A DNA stretch of 63,904 bases, the filler included, from Hyphochytrium catenoides (taxonomy: Eukaryota; Protista; Hyphochytriomycota), in NCBI GenBank assembly GCA_900088475.1. It is 11 parts of 11 records of this genome, joined end to end, with 100 filler letters (N's around TTAATTAATTAA, not from the genome) between each part and the next. Parts side by side here need not be neighbours in the genome. Positions count along the whole stretch, not along the records: positions 33,126 to 45,343 come from FLMG01003109.1; positions 45,444 to 54,945 come from FLMG01002078.1; 9 more parts are not named here. One strand, given 5' to 3'. Shown here one piece after another: positions 34,767-46,752 of this stretch (positions are counted from its first letter, which is position 1; every line of letters starts with the position of its first letter). The position numbers and the translations under genes are program-made. The notes under the pieces were generated by a model. The model ran no database searches, was not told the DNA's origin, and saw nothing but the letters and a program-made list of their open reading frames with translations.

Positions 34767-36111
34767 ATGACCGAGAAGTTTTCCTTCTTTCTCGATGTAA
34801 TTTTTGTTCCTGTCAGAGCTGGAAGAGTGTCGTGGCAGGGTCGGAGGATAAGCTGGTCCAACAACTCCAATCTCTTCTTTGCAGCAAGCACTTGTCGAAA
34901 TCCGTCGTCCACCGCTTTTAGAGCATGGTGGAGACCTAAGGAACATCCACGCCGTCATTATATAGAAGCAAGCTTGAAGGAGAAGATATAGATCAGCCAA
35001 GACGGCCTCCTTACCATGATGGATGCAAAGCTCTTCCAACCTCAACCTATATGCCTGCCAAACCAGAGACTCAGGTTGCATCGAGGACTCCGAAGATCGT
35101 GCAGACGAAGTCAATCGCATGGCGCTCACAACGCTTGCGAGACCCATTACCCAGACCTTTAGCTGCTCCTCATCTCCCAAGGTTAATCTGAACTCAGATC
35201 CAGCAGTCGTAAGCAGGATCAAAGAAAATCCTGAGCGCGCGAGATATTCAGCTTCAGGTATAAAAGTAGATATTCAAAAGAGTCATATCACCAACCTTCA
35301 TATGGCTCGCACACTATCCTTTTTATCTCTGCTGTTTTGATCGCAAGTAGAGGAACGTGTGGCAGCTCACACTTTTCAACTGGGAATAATAGAAGATTCT
35401 GTCCGTCATCGCCTAACTTGACGCTCTTGGTTTGGGTTCCGCTCTCCTTGTTTGGCCCGATGACGCAGGTAATTGACGCTCCTGCTTTAAGAATCTTAAC
35501 ACGGCTCAGAGTCTGCACCTAAGATGTAGCCAGAACCATGATGGCGCCGCATAAGCTTTGGTAACCCACGCTACTATGAGCGACAATAATCGTCTACCTG
35601 CTGCTCCCAACAGAGGCGGGAGAGCCTCTGCCGCGGTCTATTTATCAGCGAGGAACCACTTGCCGGGTCTAGAGGGCAGCTAATTAGCTCCTGGGGTGGA
35701 AAGGCGTCAGAGGAAAAGGTTCAAAAAGGCATCATAGAGACCATATACCAGACCTGGAATAAGTCGGAGTAATAGGAAACTTTCTGTTGCTTTTCTCTCT
35801 GAAGACAACGAGAATGGACTGGAAGCTCCGTCATGGGATCTGTCACACTGCTACCTTGGCCGCTCTTCCGTGGTTTGTCCACGTTACTGCCATTCCAGGA
35901 TGATGGCTGTCCGTGACTTGCTACAGCCTGTTGCGGCGACTCATCGTCGACCAGGATTACTTCAGCGTTTTGGCAACTTTCATCCATTACCTCGTTTGTG
36001 ACAATATGACGCTCAGTTAGAGTTATCCTCTCGCCTCACACCACCTGGTTCAGCCAGATCGATTTCTATGATAGCTTCTGTCTCACGGATGTCCTCGTCG
36101 GCGAGGGGCAT
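34763..36111 (-). CDS. Hypothetical PH-like domain protein, multi-exon
   Basis: ILKAGASIT...VKLGDDGQNLLL...IKTAEIKRIV and FRLTLGDEEQLKVWVMGL (PH C-terminal Trp helix). Last intron 34936-35014, stop 34763-34765. Start at ATG 36111 is tentative. Confidence 0.55.
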
Positions 36112-36778
36112 TGGCAGCACCTTCCTGACAATGACCGCGGCCTCATCATGGCCCAGTCATGAGTCCCCCACACCTAAAGACCGGCAATCTTCTGAGATTG
36201 ATGCACTTGATCTACAAGATGAACAAGAGCTTTGTCGCTTTGATAACATGCTGAACATGGTTCATGGTCCACCAAAGGGCAGCCTGTCTGATGAAGAGGT
36301 AATAACGTCCGATCGCCTGATGATAACTGGGCCGTTGAAATAATAGATAAATCAGATGTAACAGATTCGCAAACTTGAATTATTTGATTCTTTTATGATT
36401 ATGCGGTTCGTTCTGATGCGGGCGATGATGGTGATGAAGCTGTGAACTCATCATCAGAAGCTCCAGATTGGTTGGTTTCAGGAGCTGGGTGAAGCTTATC
36501 GCGTCTTCACATCGTATCTGCAGAGGAGCTGAGGGGTCTATGACGTCGTCGCGAGACTGGTGTAAAGCCTTAGATTACAGCGGGGATACTAGGAATTACG
36601 ACGTCGGTGTTGCTGGTCTGGTCCAGTACTGCTCCGCCAGACGGTTGACCGAACGGATCTCTAACAAAAATCCGTCATCGGATCGCCTTTTCCCTTGTCA
36701 ATGCTGAGGAGCATTGTGTGTCGTCGGCGGGCAGTCATCACTAGCAGTCCGAGGACCTTTTCTTTGAGTGTTAGAAGC

Positions 36779-38149
36779 ATGAGCCTGAACCAGGTCTATG
36801 CCGTCATGACTTCTTCCTCGCTGCTAATAGGTTCAGCTGACTCTAATGCGTTACCTTTAGAAACCGGAGGATAGTACCGTTCCTGACGGCACGAAGGAGA
36901 TTAACGAAGGTTCGCATGCCTCGTAAGCCCATTACCTAAGAGCTTTATCTCCTTAACATCTTGAACTACGCAGGAAAAGCAACCATCTACTTCAAGCAGC
37001 AGAATGAGGTCTTCTATAACCCCGTTCAGGCAAGTTGGATGGACTGAACGATAGGCCTCGACAAGGGAGACAGGGTGAAGAGAGACGGGCATAGATGTGG
37101 AAGAGGAAGGAAAGGAGTAAACAAGACAGTGGATCGAGAAACAAGTGGTTGAGTCGAAAGACGAGGCTAAGAGCGTCTCAGTGTCTTGCGGCTGCGAAGC
37201 GAACCACGCGTCTCTACTGAAACCAACTAATCGCGATTGCCTGTTACAATTCTCTTCTACCTCTATTGATGGTTTTAGGTGGTCAATCGTGACCTGTCGG
37301 TTCTCATGATTAACCTCTTTGCGGAAATGCGAGCTAAAGAGATGGTAGCCCGGGCACGGAAGAAGACGCTTGGATACCTCAAGCGCAAGGAGTCGGGTGA
37401 AGGTGAGACATTAGATCCAGGGAAAGGAAGAATCACCTAGGGTCGCTCTTCTTAGTGCTTGCGGCTCCTAGCGTATTGTGGGCAATGAGTTAGTCCTCTT
37501 GTTGGTTCTCGCCGCCCATCTGTCTCGCTCTGGCATCTCCTACCGGTCTTCGGGCGTGCTGCGCCGAGGCAACCTGTCTCTCTTCTTTCTGTCTCATTGT
37601 GCTCATTAATATTCCTTCTCTTCCTCTATTATCATTTGGTTAGGGAAAGAGAAAGAGCTTCGACAGCCTCGTATGCCCAATTCTGTAGTGAAGGCTCTCC
37701 TGGAGCAATTCCAAACTGCTGCAGAGTTGGAAGAAGAAGGGGGTGATGCGCTTGTGACTGATTGGAAGACGTTTCTAGAGGACACCGCCGAGGAGAGCGG
37801 CATCTCTATCTTCGAGGCTCTGTCTGCGAGTGGGCTAAGGTCTATTCGTTATTATAAAGAGGTAAAAGGGTCAGGGTTGGTCGTTATCTCCTAATGGCCT
37901 TTCTTTCTTAGGGTCTGCCCGCTCCTCTTGCCCGTCAGCATCCTCACTTCTCTTAAGTCCCTTGATTGCTTGGTGCTGGAATAAAAGCAGCTTCTCTCGC
38001 TGTCGGCTTTGGAATCCTCTTCGACCGACTCCTCTTTTCCATTGTCATCTCGTAGATCTCAGGGGTCAAGTCGATTCTTGTCAATGATATAGATGAAGCA
38101 GCTGTTGAGGTGCGGCCTTTGATGTTATCTTTCCGTCTCTCTTGCTTTT

Positions 38150-38182
<33 letters not shown>

Positions 38183-38192
38183 TTCTCTCTCC

Positions 38193-38235
<43 letters not shown>

Positions 38236-41200
38236 GATACCCACCTTGCTCGACCACATGGGGCCCTCCTCTGCTTTCATTGATGATCGTCTCCCTATCA
38301 GCGCCTTATTTTATTTGCTTTATTGCCCTCCACCCTCCTTCTCTGGTTGTCGGGCTTCCGGCTCCATCATCTCACTGTCAGTAATATCCCCTTGTTCGTG
38401 AACTACTGCAGGACATAGAGCGCAATATTAGAATGAATGGCTTGGATCTAAACAAAGTCAAGCCAAACAGAGGCGATGCCATGACCGTCATGTGGGTGAT
38501 CTTCCATTATCCTAGACACGCTTTCTCAGCACACCGCAATTTCCTAATCACACGTCTTCCGCTAAAGCTACTTCTTAGCTATGTCTCTTGAGCTACGCAT
38601 AACCTTCACCACAAGGATACAGTTGGCCACCTTTCAAACTCCATCCGTGATGTGTCTCCTGCCTTCATGACCTCACATACAATTTCCGCCCTCTTTCCTA
38701 GGTATACACACAGAGACGTAGAAAAGCGCTTCGATGTCGTAGACTTGGACCCTTATGGTTCTGCAGCGATGTTCATGGACGGGGCCGTGCAGGTGATGAT
38801 TCGCCATGTCCGCTACAAATCGAAGAGATCCGCCTTCTTACGTCTCAACCTTCCGTTCCTTCACTCTTGAACTGCTCTACTTCTGCGGCTCATGTTGTCT
38901 AGTCTGTCGCAGACGGGGGTCTTCTCTGCGTAACATGCACAGATATGAGAATTCTCGGAGGAACAGCTCCAGAGGTGAGCTCCCCTGGCTCTTGACTTAG
39001 GTTACACCTTGGCAGTTTCCAGCTTCTGTCCGTCTCAGTTCACTTCTGCCGCGTACAATTTTCTATCTTTTTTCCTTCACTGTCGAACTCTTGCTTCCCG
39101 GTACATTACATGGCACTCTGTCTCTGATTCTGTTCAATGTGGAAGAACAGGTATGCTTCACAAAGTACGGGGCCATGCCCAGCAAATCTCGGTACCTGCA
39201 GGAAATGGCGCTGAGAATTGGTGGGAGTCTTACGGCATAGTGATACGTGATATGTGGCTGGCAATGCCTGGGCCGCTTTTGCTCTCGTCTCGCTCCCATG
39301 TGCACCTTGGAGGCCTTCAAATCTCTCCTTCTCATCCGAAGCTAACGTTGCACGCCTAGCCCTCAGTTCGGAGCGGCAGCTAACGAGAATTTTTGCCATT
39401 ATGCTTGACAGTTTTGGCTGCACTCGAGCGTCATGCGAATGTTTATCAGCGGCACATTGTCCCAGTGCTAAGCGTTGGCATTGACTTCTACGTCCGCCTC
39501 TTTGTTAGAGTTTTTGACTCGCCCAAGGAGACGCTTAGGTCTATGAAGAAGCTCTCTCTAGTCTACGAGGTTAGCACATCTCTCTGCTTCTGACGGTCTC
39601 AGCTCAATACCTACCTGCCTCACCGTATGTCCTAGTCTCGCGTTTAGAGGACGCAGTACTGCGGTCATTCCTTTCCCTCAGTTCTCGTGATGATCCCTTG
39701 TTCTTGGGGCTTACAATTGTCGTCTCCGCCCTTGTACCGCCTGGACTTCTAAAAGTGCACAGGTTGTGACTCCTTCCACCTTCAACCGCTTGGCCGTGAA
39801 GAGGGAAATAGTTTTAAGGCGCCGGTATGACTCCGATCTTAAGGACCTTAAATAATGTGCTACGCTCTGTTTCCCTATCGCTCTGCCAGTGTCCCTTACT
39901 CTTTTGCAGTCATCTGGTGAGCCTTTTTTTCTCGATATATGCTTCTTCTAGCAGCTCTCATAGATGTGACAAATGAGAGAAGTCTTAGTTATCTCACTAA
40001 ATGTTCCTTCTCGTGCTCTTTTTACTTCGTTTGCCTCCCAATACCATCGTTTGATAGCATGTGTCTGTTCCCGACGTGTGCGATGAATGCGGACGTCGCT
40101 TCCGCCTCACGGGTCCCATCTGGAGCGATCGGATCCACGACTTTGACTTCGTGTCTGAAGCTTTAAAAAGAGTGAAAAAGCGAGAAGGAGGGAAGGAACA
40201 GCTTGCATCCAAAGACCGACTCTTCGGTCTTCTCATGGCAGTGTCAGAAGAGGTCAGGGAAGAGGGAAGAGAGCAGCCATACGTGGAGAATGAGGATAAG
40301 GGAAACTGATGTTTTGAAGCTGATGCTCTATTCAATTTTATCGACTGCCACTAGGTCCCAGATGCTCCGCTGTACTACTCTCTTCCGCAGCTGATGCGCA
40401 CATTGCATGCGGGCTGCCCTCCAGCAAAGGTATGACAGGGCGCTGAGGCCTACTTTTAGTGGCTCTCTGCTCACGAATGCCTTCAAGTATCAAGGTTCCA
40501 TTGGAACCTACTTTTTGTCTCTCTTTCCGTAGCTTTGCTGTCCTCTCTTCTTATGCCCACTCTTTCTCTCATAGACGCACACTCACAGTTCTCTCTCCGA
40601 ATCATAGGATTTACATGCTGCTATTGAAAAGCTCGGATACTCTGTGTCACAGAGCCATAAATCCCCCGATGCCCTAAAAACAGACGCTCCGAACGCGGTA
40701 GTGTGGGACGTTCTCCGCTGCTGGGTCAAGAACAATCCTATCAATCCTAAGGTAGAAGCTTGCATGTCTTAGGACAACTTTTCCGCTTTCCCCTACTGTG
40801 GCTTCCCTAGCGCTGGATGGCCTGACTCTTCTTAAGTCCCATAGCAGTCATCCTTCTTGGTTGTTCCGGATGACGCTACATTCGTATGGTCTAATGAGTA
40901 CATAAGTCGGTTTCACTGACCTTCATCTGCGTCTGTCTTTCTCTCTTTATTGTCTCTTTGTCGATCTCTCACGCTCGCTGCCAGCATCTCGAAGACTCCG
41001 AGAGCGTCACCGCGAAGATTTTGTCCAAGGAGCCAAAGATCATTGCAGACTTTACGGTACTGACAATTCTTGCTTGGCAAATCTCCCCTATAAAAAATCC
41101 TTCTCAACATTCGTTTCTGTATATGCAGACTAAAAAGGAAGGCAAGACGAAGCCCAAAGCAGCCCGCTTCCCAGGCAACCCTGAACCGCATTGGGGGCCC

Positions 41201-41245
41201 AAACCTCGCGCGAGAGGAAAGAGAACGGAGACTGGTGCGACGTAA
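36779..41245 (+). CDS. TRM1: tRNA (guanine26-N2)-dimethyltransferase, ~17 exons
   Basis: Spliced: EGKATI...[97 protein letters not shown]. Confidence 0.96.
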
Positions 41246-41702
41246 TCTTTACTTTAACAACCCAGATGAAGCTTCTGATATGGTGCTGTCTGTCTCTCTC
41301 TCTCTCTTCCCGTTTTACTCTTTGCTTACTGGCCTCATTATATAGCAGCACATCCAGAGCAACCTAACAGCAAGTCGGCCAAGAAGAGCTAGCGCTTCCA
41401 TGGGGCCAAATCGCTTTGAAATGGCGCTGGTTATCGTAGCAGCATGAAACAGCCTTATACAACGCACATTGTCCTGCTACTTTATCCGGCAGTTTAGCCT
41501 CCCATAATCCAAGGTGTGGTTGCTAGTAGGACTATATTTGACAGTGCTGCGCTTGAGCAAATTGCTTTGTGAAAGTGATGGGATTAGATTAGGGGCAAAA
41601 GAGCTGGAACCCACCCCGCTCCAGCAAAGCTTACGACTCATGAGTTGAGAATGCCGCATACCTTGTGGTGTCACTACCGCCTCTAATAATAGTATGATAC
41701 GT

Positions 41703-41884
41703 ACATGGTGTATCTCTGACCCCTCCGCATTTTCTTCCAGAAGTCATTCGCCATCCGCACTTGTCTCTTTCATCGTCTACTGCATGTCACACATGGTGTA
41801 TCTCTGACCCCTCCGCATTTTCTTCCAGACGTCATCCGCCATCCGCACTTTGTCTCTTTAATTTAATCGTCTACTGCATGTCAC
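41703..41884 (+). repeat. Tandem duplication of an ~88-bp unit
   Basis: ACATGGTGTATCTCTGACCCCTCCGCATTTTCTTCCAGA...CGTCTACTGCATGTCAC at 41703 and 41791. Confidence 0.9.
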
Positions 41885-42664
41885 ACACCTCGCTGGCACC
41901 TGTCACGTGCACCTGTCATCCTCCGCCGCCTCTTCAACTCTCGCAGAGACTACCCATTGTAATGCCCCTATAATAATAGAGACACAAGGCGAGAGACCAA
42001 AGCAGCCCCACTAAGAAATTTCTTCGTCAGTGTCGCTAACGGCTACGTTTCTGTCGCTAACGGCTACCTTTTGCGGGAAACACCGTGCCGATTCCGAATA
42101 GAATGACTCATTTTAGGGAATGAATGACGTTTCGCCAATTTTGGTCCCCATTTCGCCTCTTTCTCGTTTCTTCCTTTCTCTCTCTCTTCCTTGTTCCCTG
42201 TTCCCTCTCCCATCTCTTCTTTGTGACATCAGCAGGCAGACGAGATTCTGAAGCAAAAAAGGAAAAACGCAATAATCTTCACTTTCGAGCTTCGGAATTA
42301 TAACACGAAGACAGTTGATTTTTGCGATAGCAAAAAAAGTAAGAAGCGCTTGCGTGTGGCAGAGACAGATTAACATTCTTCCTACTTGTCTTTCTATTCT
42401 CCTTGCTCTTTGTTAGCGCATCTCAGTAGCTCTTGGACTTGGCCAGTGGCGTCCTTCTTTCTGCCGTGAAGCCACCACCGGCTGCTCCTATCTACTAGAT
42501 TAAACAGCATGCGTGGCTGCGTGGCATTTAGAAGCTGAGGACCGCTTGGGCGGTTAGGTCAAGTTTGGGTCTCGCCAAAACAGGCTTCAGAGGCACATCT
42601 TACCGTTCGGAAACATCCACATTGCCCAATTCTGCAACAGCCAAGCACCGCTAGAAGCTTATCA

Positions 42665-44032
42665 ATGGGGAACACAAAGGAGACTCCAGTCTTCCTGGAA
42701 AAGACATACAAGATGGTCCAGGCCTGCAAGAGCGCCATTGCCTGCTGGAGTAAGGAGGGGGACAGCTTCTTCATAAAGCAACCAGACGAGTTTGCTAGAG
42801 ATGTTCTCCCACGCTATTTCAAGCACAACAACTTCAGCAGCTTTGTGCGACAGCTTAACTTTTATGGCTTCCACAAGCTGAAGCATGATGAAAGCGCGTC
42901 CCATCACTTCCCTCAAAAGATAGATCCCAAGTGGATTGAATTCAAGCATGAGAAGTTCATCCGCGGCCGAAAGGACCTACTGGTAGAAATTAAGAGGAAA
43001 ACCACCAAGGAAGGTGTCGGCCCCGCAGAGTTCCAAGCGCTGAAAAGCGAAGTAGGAGAACTAAGAGAGAGGGTGGACCAGCTCTCTAAGGAGCTCAAAA
43101 AGGTATCTGCGCAGACTGCAGGAGCGCAATCTGCTCCAGTGCAGCCTCTCGGCAGTGCAGAAGAGATCGACAAAACGTTACATACGTTACCGAGGATTAG
43201 CTCTAATGGACACAAGGAGTTCCGGGCGGTCCCAGCTCTAGGTGAGAAGAGCACTCCCAGAGAGGCTTTGAAGTTAGACCAGTCAAGCCCAAAGGACGTA
43301 CTGCTGCCTTCTCCAGGAGGGACGAGGAGAAAGAGAAGGCTTACTGAGAAGGGAGAGGCCCTGCAAGTTGTCCGGAGAAAGCTCCATCATGACGACCACA
43401 AGCTCCATTCTGAGGACCAGAAGCTCCATGATGCAAGCATGGCGCAAAAACTTCTTGAAAAGAAGCCGTTGCTCGAGAGGAATCGCTTGGACGAGCCATC
43501 GCCATCTCTTTCTGTGTCCACATCTGAGGGCTTCAATCCCTTCTTCGATCACCCAGGACATCAGCAGTACTTCAATTCGAAAGAACCAGCCGAAGAGAAT
43601 GGCGCGTTCCTCTTTAGATCAGAGCACCCCAGCGCAGGCATCAGGGGCCATGTGCCAAGTAACATCCAGTCACAGTTAATTGACGAATGGATTCACCTGC
43701 AGGCGGCAGAGGCGAACGGCCTAACAGCTAGTAGCAGGGGTTCTGATAGCCCTAAAATGGAGGCAGAAGGGGAAGGTCTTCGTGAGCCACCTATGGCGTC
43801 TTTCTCTCGTTCTGCCTCTGTGTCTAACTCTCCTTCCGGCGGTGGCAACATTACTATCCCGCACGTCCTCCTCCGGCGTTCCTGTTCCTCTCCTGCTCCA
43901 AACTACTCCGTTGTGGCCCCATTCTTCCCTTCGGCCCCTGGAGAGCTAGAGTTAAGTGGCCACGAAGGCGAGGCTCCACCTGATCCGGATATGTTCAGGG
44001 TTGGCCCAAGCCCAGGTATCCATTTCTCATGA
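42665..44032 (+). CDS. HSF: Heat shock transcription factor, intronless
   Basis: FLEKTYKMV, WSKEGDSF, LPRYFKHNNFSSFVRQLNFYGFHK, EFKHEKFIRGRKDLLVEIKRK, followed by a coiled coil. Confidence 0.96.
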   Translation: MGNTKETPVFLEKTYKMVQACKSAIACWSKEGDSFFIKQPDEFARDVLPRYFKHNNFSSFVRQLNFYGFHKLKHDESASHHFPQKIDPKWIEFKHEKFIRGRKDLLVEIKRKTTKEGVGPAEFQALKSEVGELRERVDQLSKELKKVSAQTAGAQSAPVQPLGSAEEIDKTLHTLPRISSNGHKEFRAVPALGEKSTPREALKLDQSSPKDVLLPSPGGTRRKRRLTEKGEALQVVRRKLHHDDHKLHSEDQKLHDASMAQKLLEKKPLLERNRLDEPSPSLSVSTSEGFNPFFDHPGHQQYFNSKEPAEENGAFLFRSEHPSAGIRGHVPSNIQSQLIDEWIHLQAAEANGLTASSRGSDSPKMEAEGEGLREPPMASFSRSASVSNSPSGGGNITIPHVLLRRSCSSPAPNYSVVAPFFPSAPGELELSGHEGEAPPDPDMFRVGPSPGIHFS

Positions 44033-44839
44033 GGGCATCCTATAGGTTATCTCCTGTAAATACTGTGACGGCGCACACTTGTATATGTACATAGGCGCCC
44101 ACCTAACTAAACGGTGGTTGTACAAAAGCTAAAGGGTGAAGTCTTTGTCAAGAGCACGTGGATGGTCGTCATACCTTTCCATGGCGGTGACTGATCTCAG
44201 TCTGCCATCTTACTAGATCTTTACATTTCAGATAAAGCAGCGTATGTCCGTGCACTGCTCCCGAAGCGGGACGCTATCTACTCAGAGCTTCATTTGATGT
44301 GGGAAGAAGATAATGTCGATCCGTTGCGTACATTACCGGATTCTATAGAGTTGGTCACTTCGTCAAGAAGTAGGATATCCTTTTAGATGCGTAGCACGCT
44401 GCAACGCCGAACCATATTGACGTCCAATACCTAAACTGAAGACTTAAACCACAGCGCACGTGGAGATCTAGAAACAACCCAGGCTGCATTCTTCTTGCAA
44501 GCTACTGCTGCACCTGGTCTCTATGGTCCTATGGTGTACTAAGTATTGGTCCATCATCTATAAACGATCTTAGACTTAGACAGGACTTCCCTGCTTTTGA
44601 GATCCCGCATTCGACTGCATTTGCTGCTTCATGCAGACAGACTCTGGCAGGTGCAGCGCGGGAAGAAGCTGATCGCTTGAGAAGCAGCAAGGACACCCTA
44701 CTTTACCGCAGTGGTGCGGAATTCCTAATATATGTTTGATTTATCTCAAATAGTAACAAAAAAGCACGCCAACATTCGCGATAGTATGCTCTTGAAGTTT
44801 CCTCCTCATCCAAGAAGCTCCCAAAAGATCTTTCCAAGG

Positions 44840-44880
44840 CTCTCTCTTCTCTCTTTCTCTCTCCCTCTCTCTCTCTCTCC

Positions 44881-44939
<59 letters not shown>

Positions 44940-44940
44940 C
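44840..44940 (+). repeat. (CT)n microsatellite
   Basis: Seen directly. Confidence 0.95.
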
Positions 44941-45243
44941 GCGTACCTCACCTCCTCTCTCCTCACCTCTCCGCTATTGCTCTTCCTCTTGTACCTCTTC
45001 GCTCCAGGATCTCCTCCGTCAGCGGCGCTGAGGAGGGTTCCAGGTTAGGAGCTAGTCACTTTCCAAGAAGCAGCAAAGTCTGTTTCTCTTGTCAGGAGCT
45101 CGCAATCATTCTACTTCCTCTCTGCTTATTGAAGGCAGTCACTAACTGATCGCTGAACAGGAAATCTTGCTGCTTCGATCTTGTCCAATTCCTCAAGAGG
45201 TTGGGGAGCCAGGCACCCTCAGGGCGGCTATCTCATCGCCACC

Positions 45244-45343
45244 ATGCTGCGGAAAGTCCTCTCTTCGACTCTTGCATTGTCTTTGCTAAGCGTCACATCG
45301 GCCTCCGCGCCGTCCTCAACGTCCTTTCGTGCCTCCTCCACAG
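45244..45343 (+). CDS. 5' end of a probable secreted protein, truncated by contig end
   Basis: GCCACCATG context; MLRKVLSSTLALSLLSVTSASA is signal-peptide-like. Confidence 0.4.
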
Positions 45344-45899
45344 NNNNNNNNNNNNNNNNNNNNNNNNNNNNNNNNNNNNNNNNNNNNTTAATTAATTAAN
45401 NNNNNNNNNNNNNNNNNNNNNNNNNNNNNNNNNNNNNNNNNNNTAGAGCACTCTCATCTAATGACATTGTCCAATCATCCCATACAAATCCAACAACTTC
45501 AACATCCGCCCTGAGAGGATCGGTGCTGCCGCGGCTGCTGTCGTCAGTCCTTTGCTACCCCTGTTGTCGGGTTTCTCCACCAGCATTATTCTTCCCCGCT
45601 ACCACTAGCTGCAGAAGTCCTGATAGCTATCGCGCGGACTCTTCCTCTGGCCCTCTCTCGCTTCTCGTCCATTCTATTGGACTCGCTAGCCGCAGCCATC
45701 ATGGGACCTCAATCCCGACAATTCTCCTCCACCTACGCCCAGATATTATGTAGGGTGGATTGTTGCTGAGCTGTGCACAGAAGATGAGGAAGCTGGGACA
45801 GGAGGAAAGACAGATATTACATCTTCTGTGATGATATCTTTGCTGTTGCAACTGTTCGTCCTGTCTGTGACCCCCGCCTGAGCTGTTGGAGTTCGAGGG

Positions 45900-45977
45900 C
45901 ACAGCTATGGGGACTACAAGCTGGCAAGCTTAACTACCCACAGCTATGGGGACTACAAGGTGGCAAGCTTAACTACC
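45900..45977 (+). repeat. 39-bp tandem repeat x2
   Basis: CACAGCTATGGGGACTACAAG(C/G)TGGCAAGCTTAACTACC twice. Confidence 0.9.
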
Positions 45978-46454
45978 CAAGTTTCAGCTCTAAACTCCCA
46001 GTTAAAGCCGAGATATTAAGCAAACGAATGTCCCTGTTTATATCTATGGCTTATGGTCAGTACCCCTGAATACCTTCAGGACTGACTTGTTCTGGACAAG
46101 GATATCTCTATGACTGAATATCTTAGGCTTTTTAGGGATAGTTGGCATAGTCAGAATAGCACTAGATTGTGGGATCCCAGTTGGGCTTATATGTAGAGCA
46201 CACTCATCTAATGACATTGTCCAATCATCCCATACAGATCCAACATTGAACAACCTGACTGCTGTACAGCGACGCGGGGAGAGACGTAACGACCGCTGGT
46301 CGTCAGCCCGACAAGCTTGCCACAGCGCAGATGGCATGCGAACAAGAGGTTGGTTTTGTTGAACTGTGATCGACGCTGAAACCAAAAAGTGTACAGCGGA
46401 CGACGCAGAGGGGAAAATCCCTGGTATATAAACAAAAACGGAGATTAGTCAAGG

Positions 46455-46538
46455 GTACGTTTGGTGTATGGTGCATACTGGTTAGGGTGTCGGCATCAAA
46501 GAGGACAGAGGTCCTGGATTCGAATCCCGGAGCGTACA
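46455..46538 (+). pseudogene. tRNA-derived sequence (pseudo-tRNA or SINE head)
   Basis: Acceptor stem GTACGTT/AGCGTAC, A-box-like TGGTGCATACTGGTTAG, T-arm CTGGA-TTCGAAT-CCCGG, TTTT just downstream. Anticodon arm does not pair canonically. Confidence 0.6.
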
Positions 46539-46752
46539 AAACTTTTCTCCGGTATATCCAGACATCCCCCAATATTAATTCAACGTGCTCACCATCCAAT
46601 GATAAAATCTAACAGGTTTCTATCCATAATGTTGTGAAGCACGGACGACCTCTTCACCGTCAAAGCAAACGCAGAAAGTCTTGACCCACTCCACCGAAAG
46701 TGGAGCTCAGCTACCATATAGTATGTAAAAAGAGTGAGTCAATGGGTTTAGC

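Noticed and set aside
36068-36343. 91-aa plus ORF, and an in-frame TGA upstream of the PH-like gene
   Set aside because: Lies in the divergent promoter region; a downstream ATG (36111) explains the minus gene, so no selenocysteine or readthrough is needed. All three stop codons terminate genes elsewhere in the window.
42073-42080. GCGGGAAA (E2F-like) upstream of HSF, also near 23303
   Set aside because: An 8-mer expected by chance in 64 kb.
45900-45977. 39-bp repeat as a CRISPR candidate
   Set aside because: Two adjacent copies with no spacer, eukaryotic context and no cas genes.
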